Shown: positions 8,968-18,190, counted from the first letter of the stretch. The stretch: 35,850 nucleotides of DNA from an uncultured Candidatus Saccharibacteria bacterium (GCA_964425475.1 CAYRMF010000001.1:1-35850), one strand, 5' to 3'. The notes: generated by a model not told the origin, from the sequence alone. Numbers and translations are program-made.

Positions 8968-10995
8968 CTATTTCTTCTTTTTGAGTGTCTCGAGGGCTCG
9001 AATCTCATCGCGTATGAGGGCTGCTGTTTCAAAATCAAGAATTTTGACTGCTTCTTCCATTTGTGCACGCTTTTCTTTGAGCGTACCTTTGGGATTATGT
9101 TTAAACCGTTCAGCATCAATGACGAACATCGTGTGTACCGCGCGGTCGTGATCGCTCCGCATTTCAGCGGTAATGTCTTTGATCTCTTTTATTATGGTTG
9201 CTGGGGTAATACCATGTGCTTTGTTGTATGCAAGCTGAAGCGTGCGTCTGCGATTGGTCTCGTTGATCGCATACGTGAGTGCGGGGGTCATCACATCTGC
9301 ATACAGGAGCACTTTTCCATTCACATTGCGCGCTGCACGACCTATGGTTTGGACGAGTGATGTTTCTGAGCGTAGAAAACCCGACTTATCGGCATCGAGG
9401 ATAGCGACGAGTTCCACCTCAGGAAGATCGAGACCCTCACGGAGGAGGTTGACCCCCACGAGACAGTCGAATTCTCCTCTACGGAATGCGGTGAGTATTT
9501 CAATTCGTTCAATGGTCTTGATATCACTGTGAAGATATTTTGATTTTACACCCCGCTCGGTGAGAAATTCTGACAAATCTTCAGCCATTTGCTTTGTAAG
9601 TGTCGTGGTGAGTACACGTGCACCACTCTGAATTGTTTTGACGGCCTCCTCGATAAAATGCTTTATCTGCCCAGCGTATACGCCTTTTTGTGTTACTGGA
9701 AATGTTTCAATAATAGGATCGACAAGCCCCGTCGGGCGAATGACTTGCTCCACAATTTGTCCAGCTGGTTTAACACCGTGCTCACGCTCGTACGCACCGG
9801 GAGTTGCAGAGGTATAGATGCACTGACCGACACTTGCATCAAATTCCGCAAAGTTAAGAGGACGGTTGTCTACGGCACTTGGAAGACGAAATCCATGATC
9901 GACGAGTGTTTTCTTGCGTGAACGGTCACCCGCAAACATCCCACCCAGTTGTGGGATAGTGACGTGTGACTCATCAATAATAGTGAGAAAATCAGGTGAA
10001 CCATCGTCTGTGTGCGGAAAGTAGGAGAGCAATGTATATGGTGCCTCCCCTGCCTTCCTCCCATCAAAATGACGTGAATAATTTTCAATGCCGTTGCAGT
10101 ATCCCATCTCACGTATGAGCGCGAGGTCGTGCTCGGTGCGCCGTTTGAGGCGTTGTGCCTCAAGTAATTTCTCTTCCTTCTTGAAAACGGCAAGTTGCTC
10201 TTTGAGCTCTTCTTGGATATCCGTAATCGCGCGCGCACGTTCAGTCTCTGGCGTGACAAAGTGTTTTGCGGGAAAGAGAAAAAAGACCGTGCACTCCTCG
10301 AGTATCGTTCGAGAAATTGCATCAATTTTATGAACAGTGCGTATGGTGTCATTTTCGTACCCGAGACGGTAGATGACGCGTTCGTTTATGGGCATGATTT
10401 CAATAGTGTTACCCACCGCGCGAAAATGACCTGGCGTGAGATCTGCTGGTGTACGTTCGAAATACATCGAGACAAGAAGCCGGAGCATCTCTGCACGTGG
10501 AAGTACCATGCCGACCTCGATCTTTCGATGTACCTTTTCATACTCAATCGGTGAACCGAGACCATAAATACACGACACTGAAGCGACAATGATGACATCC
10601 GGGCGAGTGAGGAGCGCCTGTGTGGAGGCGTGGCGCAATCGGTCTATTTCTTCATTTATCATCGCCTCCTTCTCAATGTACGTATCCGATGTCGGCATGT
10701 ACGCCTCGGGTTGATAGTAGTCATAGTACGATACGAAATAGTGGACAGCGTTGTTGGGGAAAAAATCACGGTACTCTTGCGCAAGCTGTGCGGCAAGTGT
10801 CTTGTTGTGCGCTATCACCAGTGTCGGCTTTTGCACCTGCGCAATCACGTTTGCTGCGGTGAATGTTTTCCCTGAACCGGTCACACCAAAGAGCGTCTGA
10901 TGGCGCATTCCAGCACGAAAACCCGTGACGAGTTTCTCTATTGCTTGTGGTTGGTCTCCCGCAGGGGTTTTGTCTGTCGCGAGTGTAAATTCCAT
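8968..10995 (-). CDS. uvrB: Excinuclease ABC subunit B (UvrB)
   Basis: GDQPQAIEKL, Walker A GVTGSGKTF, IIDESHVT, helicase C motifs, and a C-terminal UVR helix FETAALIRDEIRAL. The start is set at ATG 10995 (MEFTLATDKTPAGDQP). The 23-codon upstream extension in the ORF track runs through the terminator of the preceding gene. Confidence 0.93.
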   Translation of the reverse strand: MEFTLATDKTPAGDQPQAIEKLVTGFRAGMRHQTLFGVTGSGKTFTAANVIAQVQKPTLVIAHNKTLAAQLAQEYRDFFPNNAVHYFVSYYDYYQPEAYMPTSDTYIEKEAMINEEIDRLRHASTQALLTRPDVIIVASVSCIYGLGSPIEYEKVHRKIEVGMVLPRAEMLRLLVSMYFERTPADLTPGHFRAVGNTIEIMPINERVIYRLGYENDTIRTVHKIDAISRTILEECTVFFLFPAKHFVTPETERARAITDIQEELKEQLAVFKKEEKLLEAQRLKRRTEHDLALIREMGYCNGIENYSRHFDGRKAGEAPYTLLSYFPHTDDGSPDFLTIIDESHVTIPQLGGMFAGDRSRKKTLVDHGFRLPSAVDNRPLNFAEFDASVGQCIYTSATPGAYEREHGVKPAGQIVEQVIRPTGLVDPIIETFPVTQKGVYAGQIKHFIEEAVKTIQSGARVLTTTLTKQMAEDLSEFLTERGVKSKYLHSDIKTIERIEILTAFRRGEFDCLVGVNLLREGLDLPEVELVAILDADKSGFLRSETSLVQTIGRAARNVNGKVLLYADVMTPALTYAINETNRRRTLQLAYNKAHGITPATIIKEIKDITAEMRSDHDRAVHTMFVIDAERFKHNPKGTLKEKRAQMEEAVKILDFETAALIRDEIRALETLKKKK

Positions 10996-11003
10996 TGTTC
11001 TTG

Positions 11004-11011
11004 AGTATACA
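11004..11011 (-). promoter_or_regulatory. Putative uvrB promoter TGTATACT, near-leaderless
   Basis: The minus strand reads aa-TG-TATACT-caagaaca-ATG. Only 8 nt separate the -10 from the start codon. Confidence 0.4.
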
Positions 11012-11024
11012 TTCAGAATGCAGA

Positions 11025-11053
11025 TAAAAAAAGTCGGCTCGTGTGAGCCGACC
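11025..11053 (-). terminator. Intrinsic terminator after the HD-domain gene
   Basis: On the minus strand, GTCGGCTC-acac-GAGCCGAC is followed by T7. Confidence 0.85.
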
Positions 11054-11067
11054 TCCTCGTGCATGAC

Positions 11068-11706
11068 TTACCAAGATTCATCCTGTAAACGTTCCTTCGC
11101 TACAAGGAGTGCATCAGCTATTTTTTGGCTCAGCAGATCTGCCATTCTGTTCCATTCACCGCCGTATTTTTTGAGTTCCTTGATGAGCAGTGGTGTGTGA
11201 TACTCTTCGGTTTCTGTGATGATTTTTTCAATCTGCTCCCTCGTACAGCTACCGATGTCTCGAATATTATCGAGTCGGTCACAGAGCTTTGCCACAATGG
11301 CTCGTGGCCCACGATGCATGATTCTGTTCAGATATTCGACAACGGTTTCTTTCCCCTTTGCGAGCTTTGTGAGTGCAAAGTGGTCGAGCGCGCACCGTTT
11401 TCCGAAATTGAGCTTCATTCTATAGAACGAAAGCAGATATGAGTCTTCTCCTATGTCGTGAAGTAGAATATTGATCGCCACATCCATGTCCATACCACCC
11501 AGCTCATCGAGGTATATCCACGCCGCTCGTTTTGGGTGATCAAAGTAGCGCGTTACTCCATCTCTCCGAAACTGCTTAGCATGACCCGCTTTTGCTGCTT
11601 CGTATGAAAACTTCACTCGCTCGGTATCACGTGGATTTGACCTCATGTGTACTGTTGCAAAGAAAATCTCACGTCCGGGTGGACGCTGAATCGGTGCAAT
11701 GGCCAT
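11068..11706 (-). CDS. RelA/SpoT-type HD-domain protein, small alarmone hydrolase-like (212 aa)
   Basis: HAKQFRRDGVTRYFDHPKRAA..., the metal motif LLHDIGEDS, FG..ALDHFALTKL, and VAKLCDRLDNIRD all match the (p)ppGpp hydrolase HD domain. There is no synthetase domain. A strong SD AAGGAGG lies 6 nt before the ATG. Confidence 0.75.
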   Translation of the reverse strand: MAIAPIQRPPGREIFFATVHMRSNPRDTERVKFSYEAAKAGHAKQFRRDGVTRYFDHPKRAAWIYLDELGGMDMDVAINILLHDIGEDSYLLSFYRMKLNFGKRCALDHFALTKLAKGKETVVEYLNRIMHRGPRAIVAKLCDRLDNIRDIGSCTREQIEKIITETEEYHTPLLIKELKKYGGEWNRMADLLSQKIADALLVAKERLQDESW

Positions 11707-11817
11707 GACGACCTCCTTTTCAAGAACTACAAGGTTGAGAAATTATCTTTAAAACTAAGGGGTAACTAAAAATTGTCACATTTCTTGAGTTTTGGTAGAC
11801 ATTTTCAGACTGTTACT

Positions 11818-11826
11818 GTTATAGCA
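11818..11826 (-). promoter_or_regulatory. Extended -10 promoter TGcTATAAC for the HD-domain gene
   Basis: The motif lies about 110 nt upstream of the ATG, which implies a leader of about 100 nt. Confidence 0.4.
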
Positions 11827-11872
11827 CAATTTTATGGAAAAGAAATACATCAGAGCGCTCACATTAAACACA

Positions 11873-11899
11873 AAAATCCCTGCGGTGCGCAGGGATTTT
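11873..11899 (-). terminator. Intrinsic terminator after the 723-aa gene
   Basis: ATCCCTGCG-cac-CGCAGGGAT is flanked by A4 and T4 and followed by TTTTGTGTTT on the minus strand. Confidence 0.8.
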
Positions 11900-11919
11900 G
11901 TAGGAGATGTGTGGGTACA

Positions 11920-14091
11920 CTACGTCTCGTACCCTTTTGGTACAACCTCAATCGTCACAGAATCAGATTCAGATCCTGAAGGAGGGATTGGACAGGTAAG
12001 TTTGTAGGTTGTCCGTCCATTAATCGTGACGACAACTGAACCTGTGCTGAAATCTCCGATATTTGCAGTGATGAGATCGCCCGTACCGTTATTGAGTGTG
12101 CACGATGCTTCATTGCCGTTGTTGGTATCCCAGATGAGTGTAGTTGTTCCCCCATCGTTAACCAACTTACGTGTTGCATTTAACTCAGGGATGTAGGTGA
12201 CCGTCACATTGGCTGTTGCAACAAGCACAAAACTAGTGAACAGTGCATTTTTACACATGAGGTCGTAGCGTGTCGGTACATACAGTACTCCTGTTGGTTC
12301 TCCACCTGAAGTAGTGTTGGTGATGCCAGTCCATTTTGCAACTCCAGCTACTTGTACCTCGCAACTTGTAGCGTCGTTGGCTGACCAGGTAATCTTTGAA
12401 GAGCCACCTGAGTCGTATGGTCCAGCAGGTATTGCTGTTATTGTACCCGTCGGTGGTGGAACAACAGTGAGTGTCGCGATTGAGCAATTATCACTTTCAT
12501 TACCTTCATTATTTATTTGACCTCTTGAATCAACACAGTGTTGCACACGAAGTGTTCCAGATTGAGATAGCGTAAACCCTATTGAAGTGTCATCTTGGAA
12601 TCCACCTGGATTAATCGGTACTGTCTTTGTTAAATGAGAACCAATCATGAGTGATGGTGCACAGCCGGCACCCCAACAGTAGGTGAAGTTGTCACTGAAC
12701 TGTGTATTAACGGACGCAGAACCGCTATTAAGTACTCGACCACTGAATGTCACGATATCGCCTTTTTTTAAGGCACCATTTGCATTCGGAATCATGGCTG
12801 AAATAAGGTTTGGTAATGACGAACACGTTGCACCTGCATTTGGTGATCCTGCCCATGTGCCATTTGTACACACGTACGTAGCGCTACCAGTTGTAGGCGC
12901 AGTGCTGTCAGTGATAGAACCGTTTGCTCCACTATTCGTGAGAACGATAGTACCGGTACAGTTATCAGTACCAACAGACCAATTCATTACTCCAGCAGGA
13001 CAACTTGCCGCAATATTCACCGTCGCAGTTTTGATACCGCTCGAGGACCCCTTATACGAACACTCAAGGTTGTAGATTGAATTAATAATTGGTGAGACAT
13101 TGAGCTGATACGAACCAGCGGTAGGTGACTTATTCCCCGACCATGCTCCTGTAGCAATACACGAATCTGCACTTCCCGAAACTACCCACGAAAGTGTCGA
13201 TGTTCCACCAAGATTGATAGTAGTTGGGCTTGCTGAAAGCGTAAGTCCCGGTGCCGGTGCAGCGGTGACAGTCACGACGGCATTCTGGATACCACTCGAT
13301 GCACCACTGTTCCAACATTCAATGCTATAGGTCGCGGTTGACGGTCCAACCGTAACCACTTCTGTGTGAGGTCCTACTCCATATGCCTTCCATCCTGTCC
13401 ATGCTCCAGAGGCCCAACATGAGTCAGCAGTACCGGTAACCGTCCACGTGAGCGTCGATGTGGCTCCTGCATACACTGATGTTGGGTTTGCACCAAAGGT
13501 GAGCGTCGGCGGATTCCCCTTACATGCATTTCCTGTACCCGTCACGGTGCCACCACCATTACCACCAAAACTTATCCAGCCCACCACGTCAGAACCCCAC
13601 GCCCAACCACCCCATGCACAGCCAGAAACTGTAATTCCATAGTTTGAACCTGAAAGACTGACAAAACCATCCCACCCACCTGCATTTGAGGCATTTGCAC
13701 CCATAGGTGCAATCGCACGTGCCCACCCCGTTACGTTTCCTGTGACTTTGTCGAATGTGGGTGGACATGTCCCCGAAGGACATGAGGTGACGTCGCTCGC
13801 ATTGAAGCTTACCCACCCAATGTTTTCACTCCATGCGTATCCCGAGAGAGCACCCGTAGCAGAAACGGTCACTCCGTATGGAGATGTCGCGCAGGTACCG
13901 GTATCGGTACAGTTGAATGAAATCCAACCAATGTTTTCACTCCATGCGTACCCCGAGAGATTGTCTGTGGCACTTGCTTCAACTTGTGTTGGACTGAAAA
14001 AATGAAAATAAAAAAGACTTGTCAACACTATTGCGAAGAAAGCTAAAAAAACTAATACCGCGGGTACATAATTTTTTTGAGAATTTTCCAT
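11920..14091 (-). CDS. Secreted or anchored Cys-rich surface protein with GYAWSENIGW repeats and Ig-like repeats (723 aa)
   Basis: N-terminal signal anchor VPAVLVFLAFFAIVLTSLFYF. Repeats LSGYAWSENIGWISFN, LSGYAWSENIGWVSFN and GWAWGSDVVGWISFG. Tandem modules of the form ..STLTWTVTGTADSCWASGAWTGWK / ..STLSWVVSGSADSCIATGAWSGNK, followed by KITWSANDATSCEV and TLIWDTNNGNEASCTL. Confidence 0.7.
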   Translation of the reverse strand: MENSQKNYVPAVLVFLAFFAIVLTSLFYFHFFSPTQVEASATDNLSGYAWSENIGWISFNCTDTGTCATSPYGVTVSATGALSGYAWSENIGWVSFNASDVTSCPSGTCPPTFDKVTGNVTGWARAIAPMGANASNAGGWDGFVSLSGSNYGITVSGCAWGGWAWGSDVVGWISFGGNGGGTVTGTGNACKGNPPTLTFGANPTSVYAGATSTLTWTVTGTADSCWASGAWTGWKAYGVGPHTEVVTVGPSTATYSIECWNSGASSGIQNAVVTVTAAPAPGLTLSASPTTINLGGTSTLSWVVSGSADSCIATGAWSGNKSPTAGSYQLNVSPIINSIYNLECSYKGSSSGIKTATVNIAASCPAGVMNWSVGTDNCTGTIVLTNSGANGSITDSTAPTTGSATYVCTNGTWAGSPNAGATCSSLPNLISAMIPNANGALKKGDIVTFSGRVLNSGSASVNTQFSDNFTYCWGAGCAPSLMIGSHLTKTVPINPGGFQDDTSIGFTLSQSGTLRVQHCVDSRGQINNEGNESDNCSIATLTVVPPPTGTITAIPAGPYDSGGSSKITWSANDATSCEVQVAGVAKWTGITNTTSGGEPTGVLYVPTRYDLMCKNALFTSFVLVATANVTVTYIPELNATRKLVNDGGTTTLIWDTNNGNEASCTLNNGTGDLITANIGDFSTGSVVVTINGRTTYKLTCPIPPSGSESDSVTIEVVPKGYET

Positions 14092-14180
14092 AAAACTTAC
14101 TACCAGTTTACACTGAAAAATTTATATTTTATGAGAAGAATGTGTATAAGGAATGAAAAACAATACTTTTGGTACCAATG

Positions 14181-15386
14181 CTAAGGAGTACGTGTGGAAA
14201 GAATGCTCTCTCGTAATTTTTTTGTATAGTTCACGATGAAGTACAGATTGTGGAGTGAGGCCAGGTGAGGCCCCAGCATTTCGTGTGAGCGAAAGAGATG
14301 TGCAAGGTACGCCTTTGTATAGTGTGTGCAGACATAGCAATCACACCCGGGGTCTGGCTTGCCGAGGTCATGCTGACAGTCACTGTTTTTTAAGCTCACT
14401 TTCCGAATACCCTCGTGCGTGTGCGCGTAGATGCTTCCCGTACGGCCAATGCGCGTCGGCGCGACACAGTCGAAGGTATCACACCCCATGAGAACACCCT
14501 CAGTAATATCATCGGGCTCGCCAATACCGAGGAGGTGGCGTGGCTTGTCTTCGGGGAGAATGTCGTTCACCACAGCAAGCGCTTCACCGAGGTCTTCTTT
14601 GGAGAATGAGCCACCGATGCCGAAGCCGTCGAAGTCCATCGCAGAGAGGGTACGGGCGCTCTCCTCTCGTAAGTCAAGAAAGCGCCCGCCCTGCACCACT
14701 CCAAAAATTCCCTGTCTCTGCTGAGCATCATAGTTGCGCATGTGTGCGAGGAGTGACCGCTTCGCCCAGCGATGGGTGCGTTCCATTGCCTCTTGTTGAT
14801 ATTCTCGGGGCGCTGTGGGCGACGTGCACTCGTCAAACGCTACGATGATATCTGCACCAATACTGTGTTGAATTTCTATAGAGCGCTCGGCAGTAAAGCG
14901 GTGCAGAGAACCATCGATGTGCGAGGTGAACGTCACTCCGTCTTCATCAATCACACAGAGCTTCCCTTGGCTCATCGCGAGGTCTTTCGAATATACACTG
15001 AGCCCTTCTTCTATCTGCTCTGGTACATCCTCTTTAGAAAACTTTGTCACACCTTTTCCAAACGCCGCGCCGAGCGAAAACACCTGAAAACCACCCGAGT
15101 CGGTCATGGTCGGTGTCTGCCAATTGGCAAAGGTATTGAGTCCACCCGCTTTCTCAATGATATCTGTCCCTGGTTGCAAGTAGAGGTGGTACGTATTTGC
15201 CAGCGTTACCTGATTTCCCACGTACTGGTCGAGGTCTTCTGATTTAATGGACTTCACACTTCCCTTTGTGCCCACCACAACAAAAGCTGGCGTCTCAATA
15301 TCGCCATGGGGAGTATGAATAACGCCAGCCCGGGCACGAGTCCCGGGCTGACGCTTCACGATTTCAAAAGAAAGAGGATTTGCCAT
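14181..15386 (-). CDS. tgt: Queuine tRNA-ribosyltransferase
   Basis: TPAFVVVGT, DSGGFQVFSL, VAFDECT, GIGGSF, LLGIGEP, and the zinc site CDCYVC..H. Confidence 0.93.
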   Translation of the reverse strand: MANPLSFEIVKRQPGTRARAGVIHTPHGDIETPAFVVVGTKGSVKSIKSEDLDQYVGNQVTLANTYHLYLQPGTDIIEKAGGLNTFANWQTPTMTDSGGFQVFSLGAAFGKGVTKFSKEDVPEQIEEGLSVYSKDLAMSQGKLCVIDEDGVTFTSHIDGSLHRFTAERSIEIQHSIGADIIVAFDECTSPTAPREYQQEAMERTHRWAKRSLLAHMRNYDAQQRQGIFGVVQGGRFLDLREESARTLSAMDFDGFGIGGSFSKEDLGEALAVVNDILPEDKPRHLLGIGEPDDITEGVLMGCDTFDCVAPTRIGRTGSIYAHTHEGIRKVSLKNSDCQHDLGKPDPGCDCYVCTHYTKAYLAHLFRSHEMLGPHLASLHNLYFIVNYTKKLRESILSTRTP

Positions 15387-15404
15387 TACACTTTTTGCAT
15401 GTAA

Positions 15405-15427
15405 TGACGGACATCCGATGTCCGTCA
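15405..15427 (-). other. Intercistronic 10-bp-stem hairpin between the FKBP gene and tgt
   Basis: TGACGGACAT-ccg-ATGTCCGTCA. There is no U-tail in the transcribed orientation, so it is probably a processing or stability hairpin rather than a terminator. Confidence 0.5.
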
Positions 15428-15434
15428 GTACCTG

Positions 15435-15983
15435 TTACTTGATTTCGAGGAGTTCTACTGCAAAGACAAGTGTTGCATTTGGTGGAATGCTCCCAACCTG
15501 CATGTTGCCATACGCCATGCTACCCGGTATGACGAGAATGCGCTGGCCTCCCTTTTTCATGCCGATGAGACCCTTCTCCCACCCCTCAATCACCTTTCCG
15601 CCACCGACTTCAAACACGAATGGGGTGCCACGCTCGTATGAACTATCAAACTTGACCCCATCTTGTGTTGTTCCGATGTAGTGCACGGTCACCGTATCTC
15701 CCTCCTGTACCGCACGATCCCCCGTGCCCATGCGCACATCGTCAATCACAAGGTCAACAAGTTCGCCTTCTGGTGAATGAGCTTTCGTAAGTGCCTTTTC
15801 AAGATCGGGGGTTTTATCACCCTCACCGGACGTATCTACCGCAACGACACTCGCTGTTTGGTCAGCACCTATATTTTGTGCTACTAAAATATCAGTTTTG
15901 AAACGAATAATGCTGAGTGAAACTGCCATAATTGCTACACTCACAAAAATTCCTATTGCTTCTGCTTTATTGAATGGGTTCAT
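15435..15983 (-). CDS. Membrane-anchored FKBP-type peptidyl-prolyl cis-trans isomerase
   Basis: N-terminal TM followed by GDTVTVHYIGTTQDGVKFDSSYERGTPFVFEVGGGKVIEGWEKGLIGMKKGGQRILVIP..AYG. Confidence 0.9.
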   Translation of the reverse strand: MNPFNKAEAIGIFVSVAIMAVSLSIIRFKTDILVAQNIGADQTASVVAVDTSGEGDKTPDLEKALTKAHSPEGELVDLVIDDVRMGTGDRAVQEGDTVTVHYIGTTQDGVKFDSSYERGTPFVFEVGGGKVIEGWEKGLIGMKKGGQRILVIPGSMAYGNMQVGSIPPNATLVFAVELLEIK

Positions 15984-16043
15984 ACATTATAAATTACTGT
16001 TCATCCTATAATAACGATGTTCGGAAAATATGCAAATTCCATC

Positions 16044-17108
16044 TCAGTATGAACTACGGATAGTTCTGGTATCTGTCTGTACGTCAGTTGAGCTTGCAAT
16101 ACCACTGAAAAGTCGCTTGATAAAAGGCACTGCGTCGTACTCGAGCATAAGTACCGGTCGTGAGTGTGTTTCCTTGCTTGAAAAAGGAATCACTGTTGAA
16201 ACAATCGTATCGTCATCGATGGTCATACTGACACCATACATTTCCTGCACGTCATTGCTAAAAAACTGGTCAAATACAAAATTTCCGAGCGAGTAAAAAA
16301 TCGGTTTCCCATTGTACACTGCAATATCCTGTGCTACATGGGGATGATGTCCGACAACTACATCAACGCCGTTATCAATAAGTGTCTGTGCGAGGTGTTC
16401 CTGTGATGCATTATGTGTGAGCACGTACTCTTCGCCCCAGTGCACGTACGCTATCTGTATGTCACTCTCATGCACGAGTTCTGCAAGGATACTCTGTATA
16501 TCTGCATCAGTTGGGGAAACAAAAAGCGTATGGAGTGCAATCAAGCCGATACGTTTATTATCCACAACAATTACTTTTGTTGTGTATGGGCGATAATTAA
16601 GCGGTGAACCGACACACGTGATACTGTAGGCGGTGCAACGTGATCGCATGTAGACGAGCGCTGGTACACCATAATCGAGACTATGATTATTGGCATTCGA
16701 TAAAACATCAAATCCCACATCGCCGAGTTGCTTGAGATACTCATCTTTAACTGAAAAGCGAAATGTCATTGATGGTGCCTTTGTGTGCACTTCAGTTACG
16801 ACACCTTCAAAATTACCAATTGCAAGATCATGGCCAGAAATAAGATCTGCTGTAGGCACAAACGGATACAAAAAACCATCACGCTCGATACGTGCTTCAA
16901 CAGCTCTTCCGAGCATAATATCACCAACAAAAAATAAAGTTGTCGAAGATGCTGTCCTGCTCCGTAGCGCAGACACCAATTCTCCTAACAATTCACTCCG
17001 TAATCCTGGACGTTCGAACAATGAAAACTCCGTCGTACGAGGTACAAATACAAAAAGCAATGCTCCGAGAGCAAACCCAAGTATCGTTCCTGCAATAATG
17101 GGACGCAT
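16044..17108 (-). CDS. CapA/PGA_cap family metallophosphatase-like protein
   Basis: N-terminal TM. Motifs FVGDIMLGR, ANNHSLDYG, VHWGEEY, VVGHHPHV and YSLGNFVFDQ. Confidence 0.85.
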   Translation of the reverse strand: MRPIIAGTILGFALGALLFVFVPRTTEFSLFERPGLRSELLGELVSALRSRTASSTTLFFVGDIMLGRAVEARIERDGFLYPFVPTADLISGHDLAIGNFEGVVTEVHTKAPSMTFRFSVKDEYLKQLGDVGFDVLSNANNHSLDYGVPALVYMRSRCTAYSITCVGSPLNYRPYTTKVIVVDNKRIGLIALHTLFVSPTDADIQSILAELVHESDIQIAYVHWGEEYVLTHNASQEHLAQTLIDNGVDVVVGHHPHVAQDIAVYNGKPIFYSLGNFVFDQFFSNDVQEMYGVSMTIDDDTIVSTVIPFSSKETHSRPVLMLEYDAVPFIKRLFSGIASSTDVQTDTRTIRSSY

Positions 17109-17111
17109 AGA

Positions 17112-18152
17112 CTACATTTCTTCTGACTGCCGAACACGTGCGTAATAAATTTCAAGAAGAACAAGAAAAAGGCTCAGTATAACGGGGCCCAATATAAAGC
17201 CAATCGGACCAAAAACGGACACGCCACCGAGTACTGAGAGCAAAATAAGAAATGGATGTGCGTTGTGACCACGACTCATCACATAGGGACCGAGCACATT
17301 GTCGATAAGCCCAACAGCGAGCACGCCCCAGATAGCGAGGAGGAGTGCGGGCAGATGCGCTCCTGTGTAGAGAAGGTATATAACTCCGGGAACAAACACG
17401 ACACTCGTGCCCACTCCTGGGATGAGTGCTCCGACAGCGGCTACACACCCCCAAAGAATTGCCCTGTCAAAGCCAAATATTGTAAACCCGATTGCGGTGA
17501 GGATACCCTGAATCATGGCTATAAAAACAGTTCCGAGCGCGACTGCGCGTACAGCAACAGCAAGACGTGTGATTATTTGCGCGTCATAACGGTCGCGCAA
17601 CGGGCTCAGTTGCATAAGATACTTTGTAAAGAATTTGCCGTCGCGGAAAAAGTAGAACATTGCAATGAGTGCAATAAAAAACATGAAAATCGTCGATGCT
17701 GTTGCAGTGAAAAATCCTACAAAATGCGTCACCACAAAGTTTGCAGCTTGCTGAATGAGACCGGATACATCCAGTGTAAAATTTGGGATGATTTGCTGTA
17801 TAAATGTTTCCAACTGAATGACTGAATGTATGACTGAAATGTTTTCAGATGAATTGATGAGCGTATACACAGAAAGCGCTTCACGAAAAATGAGCGAGGA
17901 AACAATAGCAAGCGGTGTAACAATGACAATACAGGTGAATAAGAGTGACAAAAATGCAGAGAGCGTGGGACTGTGACCTGGTATTTTGTTCAATATAAAT
18001 TCGTGTACGGGATAACACACCGTCACCACGATAGCAGCGAGGGCGAGTGCTCCTACAAACGGTGCGAACAACTGCCATACCAAATATGCAGAACCACCGA
18101 GTATCATAAAGAAAAAGACGTGCTCAATAAGTTTTTGTGTGTTGATACTCAT
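17112..18152 (-). CDS. AI-2E family transporter (PerM/UPF0118-type permease)
   Basis: 346 aa with about 8 TM segments. The family-typical C-terminal half includes GALIPGVGTSVVFVPG and LLSVLGGVSVFGPIGFILGPV. It lies 3 nt from the CapA-like start. Confidence 0.75.
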   Translation of the reverse strand: MSINTQKLIEHVFFFMILGGSAYLVWQLFAPFVGALALAAIVVTVCYPVHEFILNKIPGHSPTLSAFLSLLFTCIVIVTPLAIVSSLIFREALSVYTLINSSENISVIHSVIQLETFIQQIIPNFTLDVSGLIQQAANFVVTHFVGFFTATASTIFMFFIALIAMFYFFRDGKFFTKYLMQLSPLRDRYDAQIITRLAVAVRAVALGTVFIAMIQGILTAIGFTIFGFDRAILWGCVAAVGALIPGVGTSVVFVPGVIYLLYTGAHLPALLLAIWGVLAVGLIDNVLGPYVMSRGHNAHPFLILLSVLGGVSVFGPIGFILGPVILSLFLVLLEIYYARVRQSEEM

Positions 18153-18165
18153 ATCGTATTTGCCT

Positions 18166-18174
18166 ATTGTACCA
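18166..18174 (-). promoter_or_regulatory. Extended -10 promoter TGgTACAAT for the permease/CapA unit
   Basis: The minus strand reads ac-TGgTACAAT-aggcaaatacgat-ATG. Confidence 0.45.
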
Positions 18175-18190
18175 GTAATTTGAAATGAAT

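Noticed and set aside
10996-11064. N-terminal extension of the uvrB ORF (MHEEVGSHEPTFFICILNVYSRT)
   Set aside because: The extension runs through the intrinsic terminator of the upstream gene and a promoter-like TGTATACT. Homology to UvrB starts at MEFTLATDKTPAGDQP.
11773-11979. 68-aa plus-strand ORF in the HD/723-aa intergenic region
   Set aside because: It has a non-ATG start, runs through the terminator hairpin and into the 3' end of the 723-aa gene on the opposite strand, and has no SD.
13815-13961. Possible diversity-generating retroelement TR/VR pair (two 34-nt near-identical segments in the 723-aa gene)
   Set aside because: The repeats are only 34 nt long and encode the conserved SGYAWSENIGW motif. 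The single difference is not an adenine-specific pattern, and no reverse transcriptase is in the window.
16558-16566. Perfect DnaA box TTATCCACA
   Set aside because: It is a single copy inside the CapA-like coding region, with no cluster of boxes, AT-rich unwinding element or dnaA/dnaN nearby. A single 9-mer hit in 72 kb of two-strand sequence is compatible with chance.
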